A DNA stretch of 64,000 bases from a virus. Of the stretch, positions 26,211 through 36,100 are shown in pieces. Each line of letters begins with the position of its first letter. The stretch's first letter is position 1. The stretch lies in IMG/VR virus record IMGVR_UViG_3300036772_000367, positions 91,227 through 155,226 of that record. One strand, given 5' to 3'. The notes beneath the pieces were generated by a model that was not told the origin of the DNA, did not search any database, and saw only the letters and a list, made by a program, of their open reading frames with translations. A program made the position numbers and the translations under genes.

Positions 26211-27140
26211 ATGATTGCTACGTGGGTTGATGCCGACAATACTTTGTCTGGAACAACGTTGGTGGCGGCGAAGATTTATGGTGCACTGCGCTACGTCGGC
26301 ATCGGTACCGGTCCGAAACGCATGACGGTTGCTGAACGAAATGACTTGACCGCACATAGCATTACGGTATTCGGTATTGCCGAATCCACCGTCACGGAGG
26401 CGGATAACGGTTACAACGCTGGTGTTCGCGATGCCCAGGCGGTGCTTGCGGATCCGGCTAGTGTTGGATTGCAATACATCTTCGCCGTTAATGATAAACC
26501 CACTTATATTCAAAGCGACGTGGACTACGTGCGTGGCTTCGCGTCTGTGCTTGGTACCAGGGCCAGTGCATATGGATTCGCCTCCTTTCTGGTCGCTGTG
26601 CGGACCCAGACGCCTGTATCTTTGTACTGGCAGGCGGGTCTCCCTCCGAATATGACTGGTACCCAGTCTTTTGTGCATTTCTGGCAACGACAAGGCACCA
26701 GCGGTAACGGTTCGGACGGACCGGCCAACCCGACGACTGCGGTCATTGGTGGCGTGACCTGCGATCTGAACAATCAACTTCTGGAGGTAGTCGTGACCCA
26801 ACCCGCAGATATCTGGAGCTACGCGATTCCCAATCCGTTGTTCGACTCGACTGTCACCGACTCGGCTGACGTCCGTAGCCACAAGGCATATACGGCCGCG
26901 CAATTCTTGGTGGGTGACTGGCGTAACGATCTTCAGACCCAGCAGACCGTGAGTGCCAACCAGGTGGCGTTGCTGTCGGCTCTCAAGACGTTGCCTACGG
27001 GTGGCCAGGTGGACGTCCCGACGTTGGTAGCGGCATTGGCAGCCCCGCTGGAGGCTGCGCTGGCCCCCCTCCTTCCGCAAGGCGTTACGGCAGCTCAAAT
27101 GGCGCACGAGCTGGGCGCGGCGTTGGACGCGGCGAAGTAG
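26211..27140 (+). CDS. Endolysin, DUF1906/GH25-like glycoside hydrolase
   Basis: GALRYV...KRMT..E...G..DA...IFAVND...YVRG...YG...WQ...CDLN is an Rv2525c-like pattern. Next to a holin-like gene. Confidence 0.75.
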   Translation: MIATWVDADNTLSGTTLVAAKIYGALRYVGIGTGPKRMTVAERNDLTAHSITVFGIAESTVTEADNGYNAGVRDAQAVLADPASVGLQYIFAVNDKPTYIQSDVDYVRGFASVLGTRASAYGFASFLVAVRTQTPVSLYWQAGLPPNMTGTQSFVHFWQRQGTSGNGSDGPANPTTAVIGGVTCDLNNQLLEVVVTQPADIWSYAIPNPLFDSTVTDSADVRSHKAYTAAQFLVGDWRNDLQTQQTVSANQVALLSALKTLPTGGQVDVPTLVAALAAPLEAALAPLLPQGVTAAQMAHELGAALDAAK

Positions 27141-27285
27141 CACATTACTGTCTACTTCGTACTGAGAACTCTCAGGATGAGGTAGTTGACGGAGACGGGG
27201 CACGGAGCACTACGATGTCGTCATACCGATCGTGGTACGAGTACCCCTACTTCGACTGAGATCGCCACTACATCAAAGGGGAATA

Positions 27286-27576
27286 ATGAGTACGCCTACT
27301 AGCGGTTCCACGCCTGCCCAGGAAGTCGAGAAGCAAGCTCTTTCCAAGGTTCATCAATTCTTCGACGAGATCGAATCCAAGGCGAAGAATGCTCTGGGAA
27401 TATTGTCCAGCGACGCACAGGCTCTGCTCGCGAAGCTGCGCAATCAAGTCCACCAGGACGTCCAGCTGGGTACCGATCAGGTCAAGCAGGACATCACGCA
27501 GGGCAGCACTGACGTCCAGCAGGCTGTTGCCCCGGCCGCTACCGACAACGCTCCCACGGCCACTCCTCAGTCCTGA
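27286..27576 (+). CDS. Hypothetical protein (lysis cassette)
   Basis: AAAGGGG RBS. Stop overlaps the next start. Confidence 0.55.
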   Translation: MSTPTSGSTPAQEVEKQALSKVHQFFDEIESKAKNALGILSSDAQALLAKLRNQVHQDVQLGTDQVKQDITQGSTDVQQAVAPAATDNAPTATPQS

Positions 27577-27911
27577 TGACCAGCGGTTTTCAGCAGTTGC
27601 CCGCGAAGGGTCTCATGGCGAGTGAACCGGCGCTCACCACGAGCGGCGGCGTCATGTTCTGCACGTTGATCATCAACGCGCTGGTGTCCTACGGGCTGCC
27701 CGTCACGTTGGACTTGAAGATCCTTTTGGTGTCAGTGGTGGGCATCCTGGGGCCGATGGTGAGCGGAGTGATCACTCGCAGCCGGGTGTTCAGCCCTACG
27801 GCGATCAACGAACTGCAAAAAGGCTGGTCACAGGTGGTGGACAGTACCTCTAAGGCTGATCCGACCACCTCGGTCGTCCAACCAAGCACACCGCAGAGGC
27901 CAGCAACGTAA
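27576..27911 (+). CDS. Putative holin
   Basis: Two hydrophobic helices, EPAL...TRSRVFSP pattern, close to the endolysin. Confidence 0.65.
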   Translation: MTSGFQQLPAKGLMASEPALTTSGGVMFCTLIINALVSYGLPVTLDLKILLVSVVGILGPMVSGVITRSRVFSPTAINELQKGWSQVVDSTSKADPTTSVVQPSTPQRPAT

Positions 27912-27924
27912 CACGGAGTCACGA

Positions 27925-27950
27925 AGCCGCCACTCTCCTGGGTGGCGGCT
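27925..27950 (+). terminator. Hairpin after lysis genes
   Basis: AGCCGCCAC/GTGGCGGCT stem. Confidence 0.5.
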
Positions 27951-27962
27951 CTCTCCATGTCT

Positions 27963-28004
27963 GTAGCAAGAAATCTTGATACGATGTCCTCAGTCAGCTA
28001 CCCT
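27963..28004 (+). promoter_or_regulatory. Palindromic operator plus sigma70-type promoter
   Basis: GTAGCAAG-aaat-CTTGATAC; TTGATA-17-TACCCT. Confidence 0.6.
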
Positions 28005-28048
28005 TGGGGTGACCGACTACGACGATCGAATCCGCACAGGAGGAAGCA

Positions 28049-28753
28049 ATGACGACGGCAGTAGAAATCGCTGCGAGCAAGGTGACCACGCTACTGGCTA
28101 CGCCCGGTACGAAGTGGAGCGACCTGGTCAAGGCCCTGGTCACGGTCGCCGAGGAGCAGGCGGTGGAGACCGTCGAGTCCGAGGTGAGGTTGCCGGAGCC
28201 AGTCTTCCTCTCCGAGCGGGAGAAGGAGGCTCTGGCCATCCTGGAGGCCCGCGTGGATGCCACAGGTTGGCCGAAGGCCCGCAAGGAACTGACCAGCTTC
28301 CAGCGCACCTCGATGATCAAGCTGTTGTCCTCCACGAAGGTCCTCAAGGACCTGGTGGAACGGATCGAAGCGCAGACCAAGATCGCCGCTTGGAACCACC
28401 TGGACGTCGAACTGGAGAAGTCCGACGAGTTCGACGAGGAGAACACCCAGCGTGACAAGTGGGGTTACTACGCGGTCAGAGGCTCGATCGAGGACCCACA
28501 GACCGGTCTGCGTATCGACAGGGACGTCCGTGCGGCCAGCGCCAAGCTCACCGCTGAAGATCTGGCCACGTTGGAGACCGACGGCGTCATCACGCACGCC
28601 GAGTTCTTGGACTTGACCGCGCCGGCACGGGTCATCGAGCCCACGAAGTTCATGCACGCGTTGAGCAAGGATCGCACTCTCGTCACCCGGATCGCCTCGG
28701 CTACGCAGGCGGGCACCCCGAGCAACGCGATGGTGCTCCGAGGAAAGGACTGA
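28049..28753 (+). CDS. Hypothetical protein
   Basis: AGGAGG RBS, strong codon bias, first gene of the replication operon. Confidence 0.7.
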   Translation: MTTAVEIAASKVTTLLATPGTKWSDLVKALVTVAEEQAVETVESEVRLPEPVFLSEREKEALAILEARVDATGWPKARKELTSFQRTSMIKLLSSTKVLKDLVERIEAQTKIAAWNHLDVELEKSDEFDEENTQRDKWGYYAVRGSIEDPQTGLRIDRDVRAASAKLTAEDLATLETDGVITHAEFLDLTAPARVIEPTKFMHALSKDRTLVTRIASATQAGTPSNAMVLRGKD

Positions 28754-28758
28754 TCCAT

Positions 28759-29133
28759 ATGGTGACATCGCAACCGCTGATCATGGCGGATCCCGAATTG
28801 CTGACTCCGCCGAATCAGCAACTGTGGACCACTCCCCGGATGTTGGACGAGCGCCGGATGTGGCCTACCTATTCGCCGCACGAGGTGGCCCACTGTTTCT
28901 TCGGTTTCACGACCGCGTGGCTTCGTAAGCATTTGCAGTCGGGCAAACACATCACGCAGCAGTGGGGCGAGATCGAGCCGCCCCGTACGGAGTCGGGTCG
29001 GATGCAGTTCCGCTTGTACGACGTCGAGCGGCTGGCGTACTCCTTCTTCGAGAATAATGTGATCACTGGCCAGCGTCTGGGTCAGGTCGTGCACCTCGTG
29101 AAGATCCACGCCCAGATGCACCGATTCATGTGA
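28759..29133 (+). CDS. MerR-like HTH DNA-binding protein
   Basis: YSPHEVA..FFG....WLR...RTESGRMQFRLYDVE. Confidence 0.65.
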   Translation: MVTSQPLIMADPELLTPPNQQLWTTPRMLDERRMWPTYSPHEVAHCFFGFTTAWLRKHLQSGKHITQQWGEIEPPRTESGRMQFRLYDVERLAYSFFENNVITGQRLGQVVHLVKIHAQMHRFM

Positions 29134-29143
29134 GGGATCGAGG

Positions 29144-29365
29144 ATGAAGGAGCTGCGCGTGCTCCTCGATGACGAGGAGCACAAGGTCATGATGCTGCTG
29201 CTGGCGCTACGCGAGCAGGAGCAGGCCGATGAAGAAGACACCATCAGTCCGGCTTTGATCGAGCTAGGCGACCGAGACCCCTTCTTGATCAAGACGTTGG
29301 AGGCAGTCTCGGCTCTATTGGACTACGTCAAGGAAAAGATCCATGCCGACACCACTGATGGATAA
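29144..29365 (+). CDS. Hypothetical protein
   Basis: In operon, with an RBS. Confidence 0.55.
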   Translation: MKELRVLLDDEEHKVMMLLLALREQEQADEEDTISPALIELGDRDPFLIKTLEAVSALLDYVKEKIHADTTDG

Positions 29366-29813
29366 GCCCGAGGGCCAGATCCAGATCTGTGGTTACCGAC
29401 TGGCGACCGGTCCGCTGTGTCACGCCGACACGGTGGACCGGTGGTGTGCTCACCACTCACAGGAGCAGTTCCTGACGTGTTGCTCCTGCGGGGAGCCCGC
29501 GCTCCAGGAATGCCCTGCGTTCACGACGGCGGCCCAGATTCGCTGTGGGATGCCGCTGTGTGAGCGCTGCGAGCACAAGCTCGGCGTAGGGCATGTACGG
29601 CGCCGCTCGGCCGTGGAGGTAGCCCGAGATGAGCTGGCTGCCGCCCTGCTCCTCGCGCTACGCGAGGCCGCACACCGGCAGCTCGTGAGTTTCACCGAGG
29701 CCAACGGCCACCAACTGGCGACCTGGCTGATTGATCAATTGACGACGAGCATCACACTGAAGATGTTGAGCGGATTGGCGACACCCCCTGATGCAGAACG
29801 ACAAACCCATTAG
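29343..29813 (+). CDS. Cys-rich putative Zn-binding protein
   Basis: Multiple C/H motifs (CCSCG, CERCEH). Confidence 0.55.
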   Translation: MPTPLMDKPEGQIQICGYRLATGPLCHADTVDRWCAHHSQEQFLTCCSCGEPALQECPAFTTAAQIRCGMPLCERCEHKLGVGHVRRRSAVEVARDELAAALLLALREAAHRQLVSFTEANGHQLATWLIDQLTTSITLKMLSGLATPPDAERQTH

Positions 29814-30783
29814 TTATCTTTTGGTTGACGGTAATAATTTGCTGATGCGTGCCATCTACGCCACGCTTCAGTCCGGCATGGAAGTGGGAGGAATCAATAC
29901 TGGCGGCCTACTGGTCTTCATCAATACGCTGACCAAACACATTCGTGAGACCAAAGCGACGCATGTCGGTGTCGCGTGGGACATGGTTGGTGGCTCGCAT
30001 CGCCGCAGTATTGACTCTCAGTATAAGGTCAATCGACAGCTCGGGCCGACTGCGCAGCAGAAGAAGCTCATCTTTCCATTGGTGAAGGAATTTTGCACGC
30101 TGGCGGGAATCACCCAGTACGAACTGGAAGGTTGGGAGGCTGACGATATCGTCGCCGGTTGGTGGGCCGATACCTGGCACGAACTTACCGACAATAAGGC
30201 GACTGATCCGGTCATTATCATCTTGTCCTCGGACAAGGATTTCTTGCAACTGCTGGGTGACAACCCGCATGGTCTGCGCACCGTCCAGCTTCGACTGTCC
30301 TCGTTTCAGACCGACACGGACATGTGGACGGCCACGCGGGTCCAGGAGATCTATGGCTGCCAGCCTCGGCAGTTGCCAATGATGATGGCCTTCATGGGAG
30401 ACTTGGCCGATAATGTCACCGGCATTCGTGGGATCGGCCCCAAGAAGGCCAAGAAGCTGCTGGAGACCCATAACTGGGACTTCCATCGAACGGTGGATTC
30501 TCTGCTGGTGGCCGACGATCAGGATCGTGTGCGGCGCAATCTGTCTCTGGTGAATCTGCGCGAGGTCCGGTTTGAGCAAACGCCGTCGGAGACTCTGCAT
30601 TTCATTCCGCCCAACGAGGGTACTCCTCGATACCAGCGACTGATGTCCTTCTGCACGGCGTGGCAGCTGGAGTCGGTAGTGCATCGACTCCCTACCGCGC
30701 TGTGGGAGAACTCGGAGCCCACCAAGTCGTTGCCGGGCAAGCACTTTGAGGTCCCCACCACGTCCGCGTCACCCTTGCCCTAA
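29791..30783 (+). CDS. 5'-3' exonuclease / flap endonuclease
   Basis: LVDGNN, YKVNR, EADD, SSDKDFLQL, GDLADNVTGIRGIGPKKA. Confidence 0.92.
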   Translation: MQNDKPISYLLVDGNNLLMRAIYATLQSGMEVGGINTGGLLVFINTLTKHIRETKATHVGVAWDMVGGSHRRSIDSQYKVNRQLGPTAQQKKLIFPLVKEFCTLAGITQYELEGWEADDIVAGWWADTWHELTDNKATDPVIIILSSDKDFLQLLGDNPHGLRTVQLRLSSFQTDTDMWTATRVQEIYGCQPRQLPMMMAFMGDLADNVTGIRGIGPKKAKKLLETHNWDFHRTVDSLLVADDQDRVRRNLSLVNLREVRFEQTPSETLHFIPPNEGTPRYQRLMSFCTAWQLESVVHRLPTALWENSEPTKSLPGKHFEVPTTSASPLP

Positions 30784-30872
30784 GCTGCGTGATCAGCTAC
30801 CGTCGAGCGGTCCTATCTACTGGACCTACTCGGTATCGGCATGACCGAGCCGTTACAGTGATCAACTGCATG

Positions 30873-30914
30873 ACGGCTTCGCCCGGTCTCTCTGGCCGAG
30901 CCGGGCGGAGCCGT
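30873..30914 (+). terminator. Intergenic hairpin
   Basis: ACGGCTTCGCCCGG/CCGGGCGGAGCCGT stem. Confidence 0.5.
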
Positions 30915-30944
30915 TGCATCTGTTAGGGGAGGGTCGCGCGAGTA

Positions 30945-31325
30945 GTGATGGATCTACAGCGACCGCTCGATGTCGACCAGCAGCCTCGACGTGAGGCGCT
31001 CCCCATGACGCGACGCCAACTGTTCCAAACAGTCAAAAGTGGACAGAGAATTACTTTCTCTGTCTTCGATGCAGATCCAGTGACCGGCTACCTTGCTGGC
31101 ATTGACGATGACCATTTCTTTGTGTTGGAGCCAGAACACAATAGTGGATTCCATAAAAAGGTCATTCGCGAGGGATGTTGCCCTGTCTTCCTGATTCATC
31201 CGGAGCCATCTTTTGATGATGAGCCGGACAAAGAAGAAATGGAAAGAATCATCAGCCCCTTTCGGTCGTGGGTATTGTCACAGATATATGGTCAGAAATC
31301 ACGGTCTGAAAGGGATGTCGCATGA
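30945..31325 (+). CDS. Hypothetical protein
   Basis: ATGA coupling to the next gene. Confidence 0.6.
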   Translation: MMDLQRPLDVDQQPRREALPMTRRQLFQTVKSGQRITFSVFDADPVTGYLAGIDDDHFFVLEPEHNSGFHKKVIREGCCPVFLIHPEPSFDDEPDKEEMERIISPFRSWVLSQIYGQKSRSERDVA

Positions 31326-31720
31326 TCAATTTTGACACTGAACTGGATCAGGCCGGAGTCTCCCGACTCATTCGCGAGACAGTGCCCGTTGTTACCGACA
31401 CCATCAGGATCACTCCCCGCCGAGAGACGCGTACGACGCATGTGCAACGGCCGTCAGCGCAGTGGACATGGGAGGATCTACGCAGCTATGTAGTTAGTCA
31501 ACTCGAACAGCATTTCGGTGCCTTCCCTCGGGACCCCTTGAAGGAGAAGGCTATCTTCACCGGATTCCTGAGTCGGTGGGGTGAGAAGGCCGGTCCCATC
31601 GCGGAGTTCGTTTTCGAGTTGCAAGACGGCATGTGGAAGGGTGCGCCCATGTCCGTCTATCGATTCTGCCGCAATTCTGATCCTTACTTTGCTCAACCCA
31701 TCGCCGATCGTCTCAGCTAA
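31322..31720 (+). CDS. Hypothetical protein (possible replication initiator partner)
   Basis: Directly upstream of the DnaC-like gene. Confidence 0.55.
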   Translation: MINFDTELDQAGVSRLIRETVPVVTDTIRITPRRETRTTHVQRPSAQWTWEDLRSYVVSQLEQHFGAFPRDPLKEKAIFTGFLSRWGEKAGPIAEFVFELQDGMWKGAPMSVYRFCRNSDPYFAQPIADRLS

Positions 31721-31761
31721 ACGGACCCCTTTTCATATGCCTCGTCACAGAGGGGCTACCC

Positions 31762-32589
31762 ATGTTGACTTTGTCTCCGAATCCCCCTGCTATTCGGAAT
31801 CTTTTGAACGCTGATCTCGATCGACTAGAGTCTTTGTACGGACCGAAGGTGTTGCCGCGCGGACCTCGGGGCTGTCCGACCTGTAAGGGAACAGGGCACT
31901 TCCGATGGAAAACCATTGGTGGTGAACCAGCTGAATGGCAATGCAACTGTTCCGAGCAGTACCAATTACACCTGTTCTTGCTGAATGCGGGCATAGATCT
32001 GCGGTACCAACGGCTGTCCTGGGCGGATATCGAGGGAGTGGAGCCCGAAGCGCTGGCCATGGTGGTGGACTACATCGACCATGATCGCGCCTATGTCAAC
32101 CAGGGGCTTGGTCTGGTACTGCACGGGGTCAACGGCACCGGGAAGACCCTGCTGGCGACACTGTTGCTCAAACGGCTGCTGAAGAAGAGCTACGACGGCT
32201 ACTTCACCACCTTCCAGACCTTGATCTCCAACTTCACCGAGGGCTGGTACAACCAGGATCAACGCAAGTGGTTTGCCAAGCGCATCTACAACGCGGGCCT
32301 ATTGGTAATCGATGATATCGGTCACGAGGATCGCCGTCGCCTTGAGACCGTTGTACCCATGTTGGATGAGATGGTGCGTGCTCGGGTCGCCGGAGCGCGG
32401 CCTACGTTCCTCACGACGAACTTGTCCTTGAAGGATGTGAAAGATCTATATCTCAACAATGTCATGTCCTTGTTGATGGGCTCCTCCATCATGCATGAGT
32501 TCACGGGTGATGATTACCGATCACGCGAAGCGGAAGAGACGAGGAAGATGGCTCGGGATGGTTTGTGTCGACCCATTGTTTTGGAGTGA
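31762..32589 (+). CDS. DnaC/IstB-like AAA+ helicase loader
   Basis: CPTCKG..C.C Zn motif, GVNGTGKT, LVIDDIG, TTNL. Confidence 0.85.
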   Translation: MLTLSPNPPAIRNLLNADLDRLESLYGPKVLPRGPRGCPTCKGTGHFRWKTIGGEPAEWQCNCSEQYQLHLFLLNAGIDLRYQRLSWADIEGVEPEALAMVVDYIDHDRAYVNQGLGLVLHGVNGTGKTLLATLLLKRLLKKSYDGYFTTFQTLISNFTEGWYNQDQRKWFAKRIYNAGLLVIDDIGHEDRRRLETVVPMLDEMVRARVAGARPTFLTTNLSLKDVKDLYLNNVMSLLMGSSIMHEFTGDDYRSREAEETRKMARDGLCRPIVLE

Positions 32590-32592
32590 TAC

Positions 32593-33915
32593 ATGAATCA
32601 TGCTGAGAAGGTGCTCTATCAACATCTTTCCGATGTGGATTCTCTCGATGTCCTGGCAAGAGAGCGCTTCTCTGTTGAAGAGGTAAGAGAGGTCATTCCC
32701 ACCGAGGCTGGTCGTTATATTGTCGCGTGGTCGTTGAACTACTACTTCGCCAACGGTCGGAAGGTCGCTCCCACTCCTGAAGCCATCACCGAGACCTGGG
32801 TGGTGGAGATGGAGCGTGCGGATATTTCATTGGGGGACGGCACCGAAACCGACTCCATTGAGTGGGCCATCGAGCAGCTTCGTGCCCATCATGCGGTGTG
32901 GAAGTCCCAGGAGTTCGTGAAGGGCTTCGCCAGTGCCATCGCCAAGGCCGCCCCCACGGAGAAGGTCGTCGTGGTCCAGCAGGCCGCTTACGACCTCTAT
33001 CAGCTCTCCCAGCGCTTGATCAGCCGTCGGGAGGAGTCACAGCTCGCCCCCGGTGTTCAGACGGCCCTGGAGCATTACAGGGAGCGTGCGGACACCGAGC
33101 AGTCCACGGATGGTCTGACGTTCGGGCTGCCCCTCGTGGACCTGCATACCCATGGTGTGCACGGCGGTGAGATCTCGGTGTTCGCGGCCGGGTCGGGTGT
33201 AGGCAAGTCCTGGTGGGCCGTGAAGACATTGCTGGCCGAGTGGCGGGCCGGACGTCAGGCGGTGCTGTTCACGCTGGAGCTGTCCATGCTGACGTGTTTC
33301 GATCGGATCGCGTGCATGGGTGCCGGCGTGTCCTACCAGCGCTGGCAAGAGGGTCGTGCCACCGAGGACGAAGTCGACCGAGTGACCCTTCTGATCAAGA
33401 ACCTGGAGGACAGCCCGATCAAGCCTCTCATTGTCCTACCGCCCTCCGGGGAACGTTCCATGATGGCCATGGTGCGTCAAGCACAAAGTCATGATGCACA
33501 GTCCATCATTATTGACCAGCTCACTTTTGTGGACGTGGTGGAAGGTTCCCGGGCACGACAGCGATGGGAGTCGGTCGGTGAGAAGATGCACCAGCTGCAC
33601 GAGCTGATCACGGGAGGCGCCTACCGGCCCTCCGTGTTGCTGATGCACCAGATCAACCGCGATGGTGTCCAGGCCGCGCAGAAGACTGGGCGGTACGAGA
33701 TGTGGCACATGGCGGAGGCTGCGGAGGTCGAGCGCACAGCAACCTTCGTGTTCGCTGTCTTCCAGTCACGTATGGATCAGGTCATGCATCAGGCCAGATT
33801 GCAGATCCTGAAGAATCGACGTGGTGCTCTCAAGACGTGGATGATGCTGTGGGAGCTGGAGTTTGGTGCCATCAAGGCCGACCATGAGCTGGTAGAGGAA
33901 GACGATGACGACTGA
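32593..33915 (+). CDS. dnaB: DnaB-like replicative helicase
   Basis: AGSGVGKS, FTLEL, IIIDQL, HQINR, ILKNRRG. Confidence 0.85.
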   Translation: MNHAEKVLYQHLSDVDSLDVLARERFSVEEVREVIPTEAGRYIVAWSLNYYFANGRKVAPTPEAITETWVVEMERADISLGDGTETDSIEWAIEQLRAHHAVWKSQEFVKGFASAIAKAAPTEKVVVVQQAAYDLYQLSQRLISRREESQLAPGVQTALEHYRERADTEQSTDGLTFGLPLVDLHTHGVHGGEISVFAAGSGVGKSWWAVKTLLAEWRAGRQAVLFTLELSMLTCFDRIACMGAGVSYQRWQEGRATEDEVDRVTLLIKNLEDSPIKPLIVLPPSGERSMMAMVRQAQSHDAQSIIIDQLTFVDVVEGSRARQRWESVGEKMHQLHELITGGAYRPSVLLMHQINRDGVQAAQKTGRYEMWHMAEAAEVERTATFVFAVFQSRMDQVMHQARLQILKNRRGALKTWMMLWELEFGAIKADHELVEEDDDD

Positions 33916-34984
33916 CTTCTTCGAAGCTGTGTTGCTGGATGACGATGCCAAGGAATCCATCTGTCGCCAGCTCCTGAGTGAGTTCGGTGTCACCCACATC
34001 AATCGCACCGCCAAGGGTGAACTGATCCACTCCTGCTGTCTACCTTTCGGCTCTCATAAGAATGGCGACCGCAATCCTTCGGCTTCTCTCAATTTTCGTA
34101 AGCTGACTTACAACTGCCTAGGGTGTGGATCACACGGTGGCTTGTTGTGGTTCATCGCCTCGTGCCGGGGTGAGGACTCCGCGCAGGCCCGAGAGTGGCT
34201 GGAGCAGCAGACTGGTCTGGGACAGACCGTCATGGAGCTGCCGACACTGCTGAAGATGATCGATGAGATGTACAAGCCCCAGGTACACCGACTGCCCCCG
34301 ATTCCGCGCTACGACGAGGCAGTGTTGCGTCCTTGGACGCACGAGGTGTTCCATCCCTACCTCACCGATGGCCTACCCGAGTATGGTGTGCAGGGCCGGC
34401 ACATCCCGGAACAGACGCTACGTCGCTTCGGGATCGGTTATACCGATCATTATACGGATGGCTCCGAACGCATCATCATTCCACAGTGGTGGGATGGTCA
34501 CTTGGTAGGCTGGCAAGCTCGCCACGTGGATGCTGCCGGCAAGTCTGACAAGTACAAGAACTCGCCTGACTTTCCTCGGGAACAGACGATTTACAATTAC
34601 GATCCCCACCAGATCACTGCCCTAGTGGTAGAAAGCCCTATGTCAGTGTTGCGTCATGTCCACCACATGCCGGAAATAATGGCGACGTTCGGCGCCAAGG
34701 TGACTGATGAGCAAATTCGTTTGCTCCAGGTCTTCCCGGATGTCGTGCTGTGGTACGACAATGACACGGCCGGGTGGCACGCCACCCACCACATCGCGCA
34801 GGCATTGGCGCCGTACACCACCGTCTGGGTGGTCTGCTCTCCGTACGCAGCGGATCCCGCCGACCTCCCGGACGATGAGGTATGCAGACTGCTCAACGCC
34901 ATGGAGCCCTACGTGGTGTGGAGTCCACCGACAACGTTGATCCCTTGGAGGGACGATGACACTGCGCAAGACAGCCCACGGTGA
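33905..34984 (+). CDS. dnaG: DNA primase (Zn finger + TOPRIM)
   Basis: C.LP..H..GDRNPS...YNCLGC, RIIIP, KYKNSP, VVES, YDNDTAG, DPAD. Confidence 0.88.
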   Translation: MTTDFFEAVLLDDDAKESICRQLLSEFGVTHINRTAKGELIHSCCLPFGSHKNGDRNPSASLNFRKLTYNCLGCGSHGGLLWFIASCRGEDSAQAREWLEQQTGLGQTVMELPTLLKMIDEMYKPQVHRLPPIPRYDEAVLRPWTHEVFHPYLTDGLPEYGVQGRHIPEQTLRRFGIGYTDHYTDGSERIIIPQWWDGHLVGWQARHVDAAGKSDKYKNSPDFPREQTIYNYDPHQITALVVESPMSVLRHVHHMPEIMATFGAKVTDEQIRLLQVFPDVVLWYDNDTAGWHATHHIAQALAPYTTVWVVCSPYAADPADLPDDEVCRLLNAMEPYVVWSPPTTLIPWRDDDTAQDSPR

Positions 34985-35123
34985 AGTACTGGGCACCTCA
35001 TCGCAGGTCCGCGAGGCATTGATGCAGAGCACCCCATCTTGGTCGCCGGATGACGAAGCTGCCCTCATCGACGAGAACATGCTGCCTGGTCCCACCGACG
35101 ACGTCAGTGTGCATACCGAATAG
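34956..35123 (+). CDS. Small hypothetical protein (55 aa)
   Basis: GGAGGG RBS; manual translation MTLRKTAHGEVLG...; fills the gap. Confidence 0.4.
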   Translation: MTLRKTAHGEVLGTSSQVREALMQSTPSWSPDDEAALIDENMLPGPTDDVSVHTE

Positions 35124-35137
35124 TCAGGAGCAACCCC

Positions 35138-36100
35138 ATGCGTAACGAGTGGGGCGACATCGATATCACCGAGTACCTGGCTCGGCTGCCGGATCGAGGA
35201 GAATGTCTGACGCATCCCCATCATGGTGTGAGCTATGTTGGCATCGATGGGGACAAGGATGATTGGTCGGTCTTCGATCGGTACAGTCCTTATCCATTCT
35301 TGTCAGAACAACCGCATCTGGTGGGAACAGGACCGGTAGAATGTAGTACGAGTACCGATGTCGCCCTGCTCAACGACGTCATCTGGGACACTAATCAGTA
35401 CTACCGCAAGCTCGGTTTCACCTTTCCTTATCATCCTACCAAGAAGGAACTACGCGTAGCTTTCGTCGAGCACGGTGGTCCCGACGATGCGTGGTTGATG
35501 ATGGTGTTCAAGAACCTCATCGACGATAAGATTAGGCGTCTCTATGACGGCACGCCGCTGGGGCAGTTCTTTTTGGATGCTGATTGGCAGCAACGGTTGA
35601 AGCAGCGGGCGTTGCGTGAGGCCCTGCGTCGTGTCCAGGAGTATGGCGAGGGTCTGGCGGACTTCGAGACCGAGGAGGTCCTGAAGGAGTGGGGGCTCAC
35701 GGTTGACCCGCCCCAGGGCGACGGCTACGGTGAGGACTCGTCCACATCGGAGGACGCGAAACCGTCAGAGACTCGTCGTAAGATCCCGTGGCAGTACTCC
35801 TACTACCTCTGGCGGTCGACGGAGTACGACACAGAACGACTGGGTCGCTGGCAACAGCTCCTTGTTTCTGCTTTTGCGCAAAAGAAAGTGCGAAGAACGT
35901 TCAGTGTGGGCTACTTCGGGAAACAACCACATCGTTGTCTTGTGTCCGTGGTGGACGGACGACAGGTTCTTTTCCTCAACGAAGACCAATGGCCCGACGA
36001 AGAACTTGCCGCGCACATGGTGATGCAGGTGCTTCTCGATGAGAAGCGAGCACAGATCGGAGCACAACGTGACTACCCCCAACTTCAATCGCGGTGGTAA
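35138..36100 (+). CDS. Protein with a degenerate DnaJ-like J domain
   Basis: YYRKLG...TKKELRVAF...LIDDKIRRLYD, lacking the canonical HPD. Confidence 0.55.
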   Translation: MRNEWGDIDITEYLARLPDRGECLTHPHHGVSYVGIDGDKDDWSVFDRYSPYPFLSEQPHLVGTGPVECSTSTDVALLNDVIWDTNQYYRKLGFTFPYHPTKKELRVAFVEHGGPDDAWLMMVFKNLIDDKIRRLYDGTPLGQFFLDADWQQRLKQRALREALRRVQEYGEGLADFETEEVLKEWGLTVDPPQGDGYGEDSSTSEDAKPSETRRKIPWQYSYYLWRSTEYDTERLGRWQQLLVSAFAQKKVRRTFSVGYFGKQPHRCLVSVVDGRQVLFLNEDQWPDEELAAHMVMQVLLDEKRAQIGAQRDYPQLQSRW

